Origin: Ginglymostoma cirratum
Lineage: Eukaryota
Assembly (NCBI GenBank): GCA_024137785.1
Contig: JAHRHZ010000144.1
Coordinates: forward strand, 51,482,801 to 51,546,800
Direction of reading: 5' to 3'
Length of the DNA: 64,000 nucleotides
Position 1 is the stretch's first letter, and the number at the start of each line of letters is the position of its first letter. The notes beneath the pieces are model-generated. The model was given only the letters and a program-made list of their open reading frames with translations, searched no databases and was not told the DNA's origin. This document shows positions 63,496 through 64,000 of this stretch, piece after piece. A program made the position numbers and the translations under genes.

Positions 63496-63577
63496 AGAAA
63501 TGATGAAGAAGCTGTGGTAGACAGAGGGGGAACATGCACAATTCAGAAATCACATTTTGAAAAAGAAGACTTGGAAG
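63496..63577 (+). CDS. slc4a10: SLC4A10 coding exon 2 (82 nt)
   Basis: Acceptor tttttttttacAG; RNDEEAVVDRGGTCTIQKSHFEKEDLE(G) versus recalled human RNDEEAVVDRGGTRSILKTHFEKEDLEG; donor AAG|GTAAAA; in frame with exon 1. Confidence 0.95.
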
Positions 63578-64000
63578 GTAAAAAAAAAAATTATCTTTTA
63601 AATGTCAGATGAGGATTTAAATTTTCCCGCCTGGTGTGTAATTTTCCTGTGGTATCTCAAATATGACCTTATGCTTTATCAGCCACTCATGCACTATGTG
63701 GTCATTCCAAAGAGCTATCCCACTATGATTAACGAACTTTTGAAGAAGTGCTTCACTTAAATTCATTATCTATTCAAAGTTACAAAATTATGACTTATTT
63801 CATTGCTTCTAGCGAATTGTTGAGTATCTAATTATTTGTAAATGTATGTAAAATGTAAATTTTCCTCTTTCTTCATAGAACAACTCAGTTATCAAAATTA
63901 AATACCGAACAGTTTGCCTATTGATTTTAGACAGACATTATAACCTATGCAACTTCTGAAACTTTCAGAAAGGATACTGAAGTACCCTTGTACAAAGATA

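Overview
Vertebrate genomic DNA, almost certainly from a shark or other elasmobranch, judging from HE1/V-SINEs, a SacSINE1-like DeuSINE and shark-type CR1, Rex1 and Penelope families. One host gene is recognisable on the + strand: the 5' end of an SLC4A10-type Na+-driven bicarbonate transporter. Coding exon 1 (34527-34574, MDSKEQGAQMEPLLPT) and exon 2 (63496-63577, RNDEEAVVDRGG...EKEDLE) are separated by a 28.9-kb intron. The promoter lies in a CpG island with a ZNF143 site, three CCAAT boxes and an E-box. Most of the rest is nested, decayed transposons. The most notable items are: (1) a ~12-kb minus-strand envelope-bearing LTR retroelement with dual RNase H and a class I fusion-protein-like env (lokiretrovirus-like); (2) three distinct Penelope-like families whose ends carry minimal hammerhead-ribozyme cores, often as inverted pairs with 10-15 bp target-site duplications; (3) a SINE sharing both ends with a resident LINE; (4) an RT-deleted Tx1 element; (5) a 42-bp minisatellite built from a LINE tail. 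Repeat boundaries were read by eye and are approximate, and family names rest on recalled motifs, not database searches.
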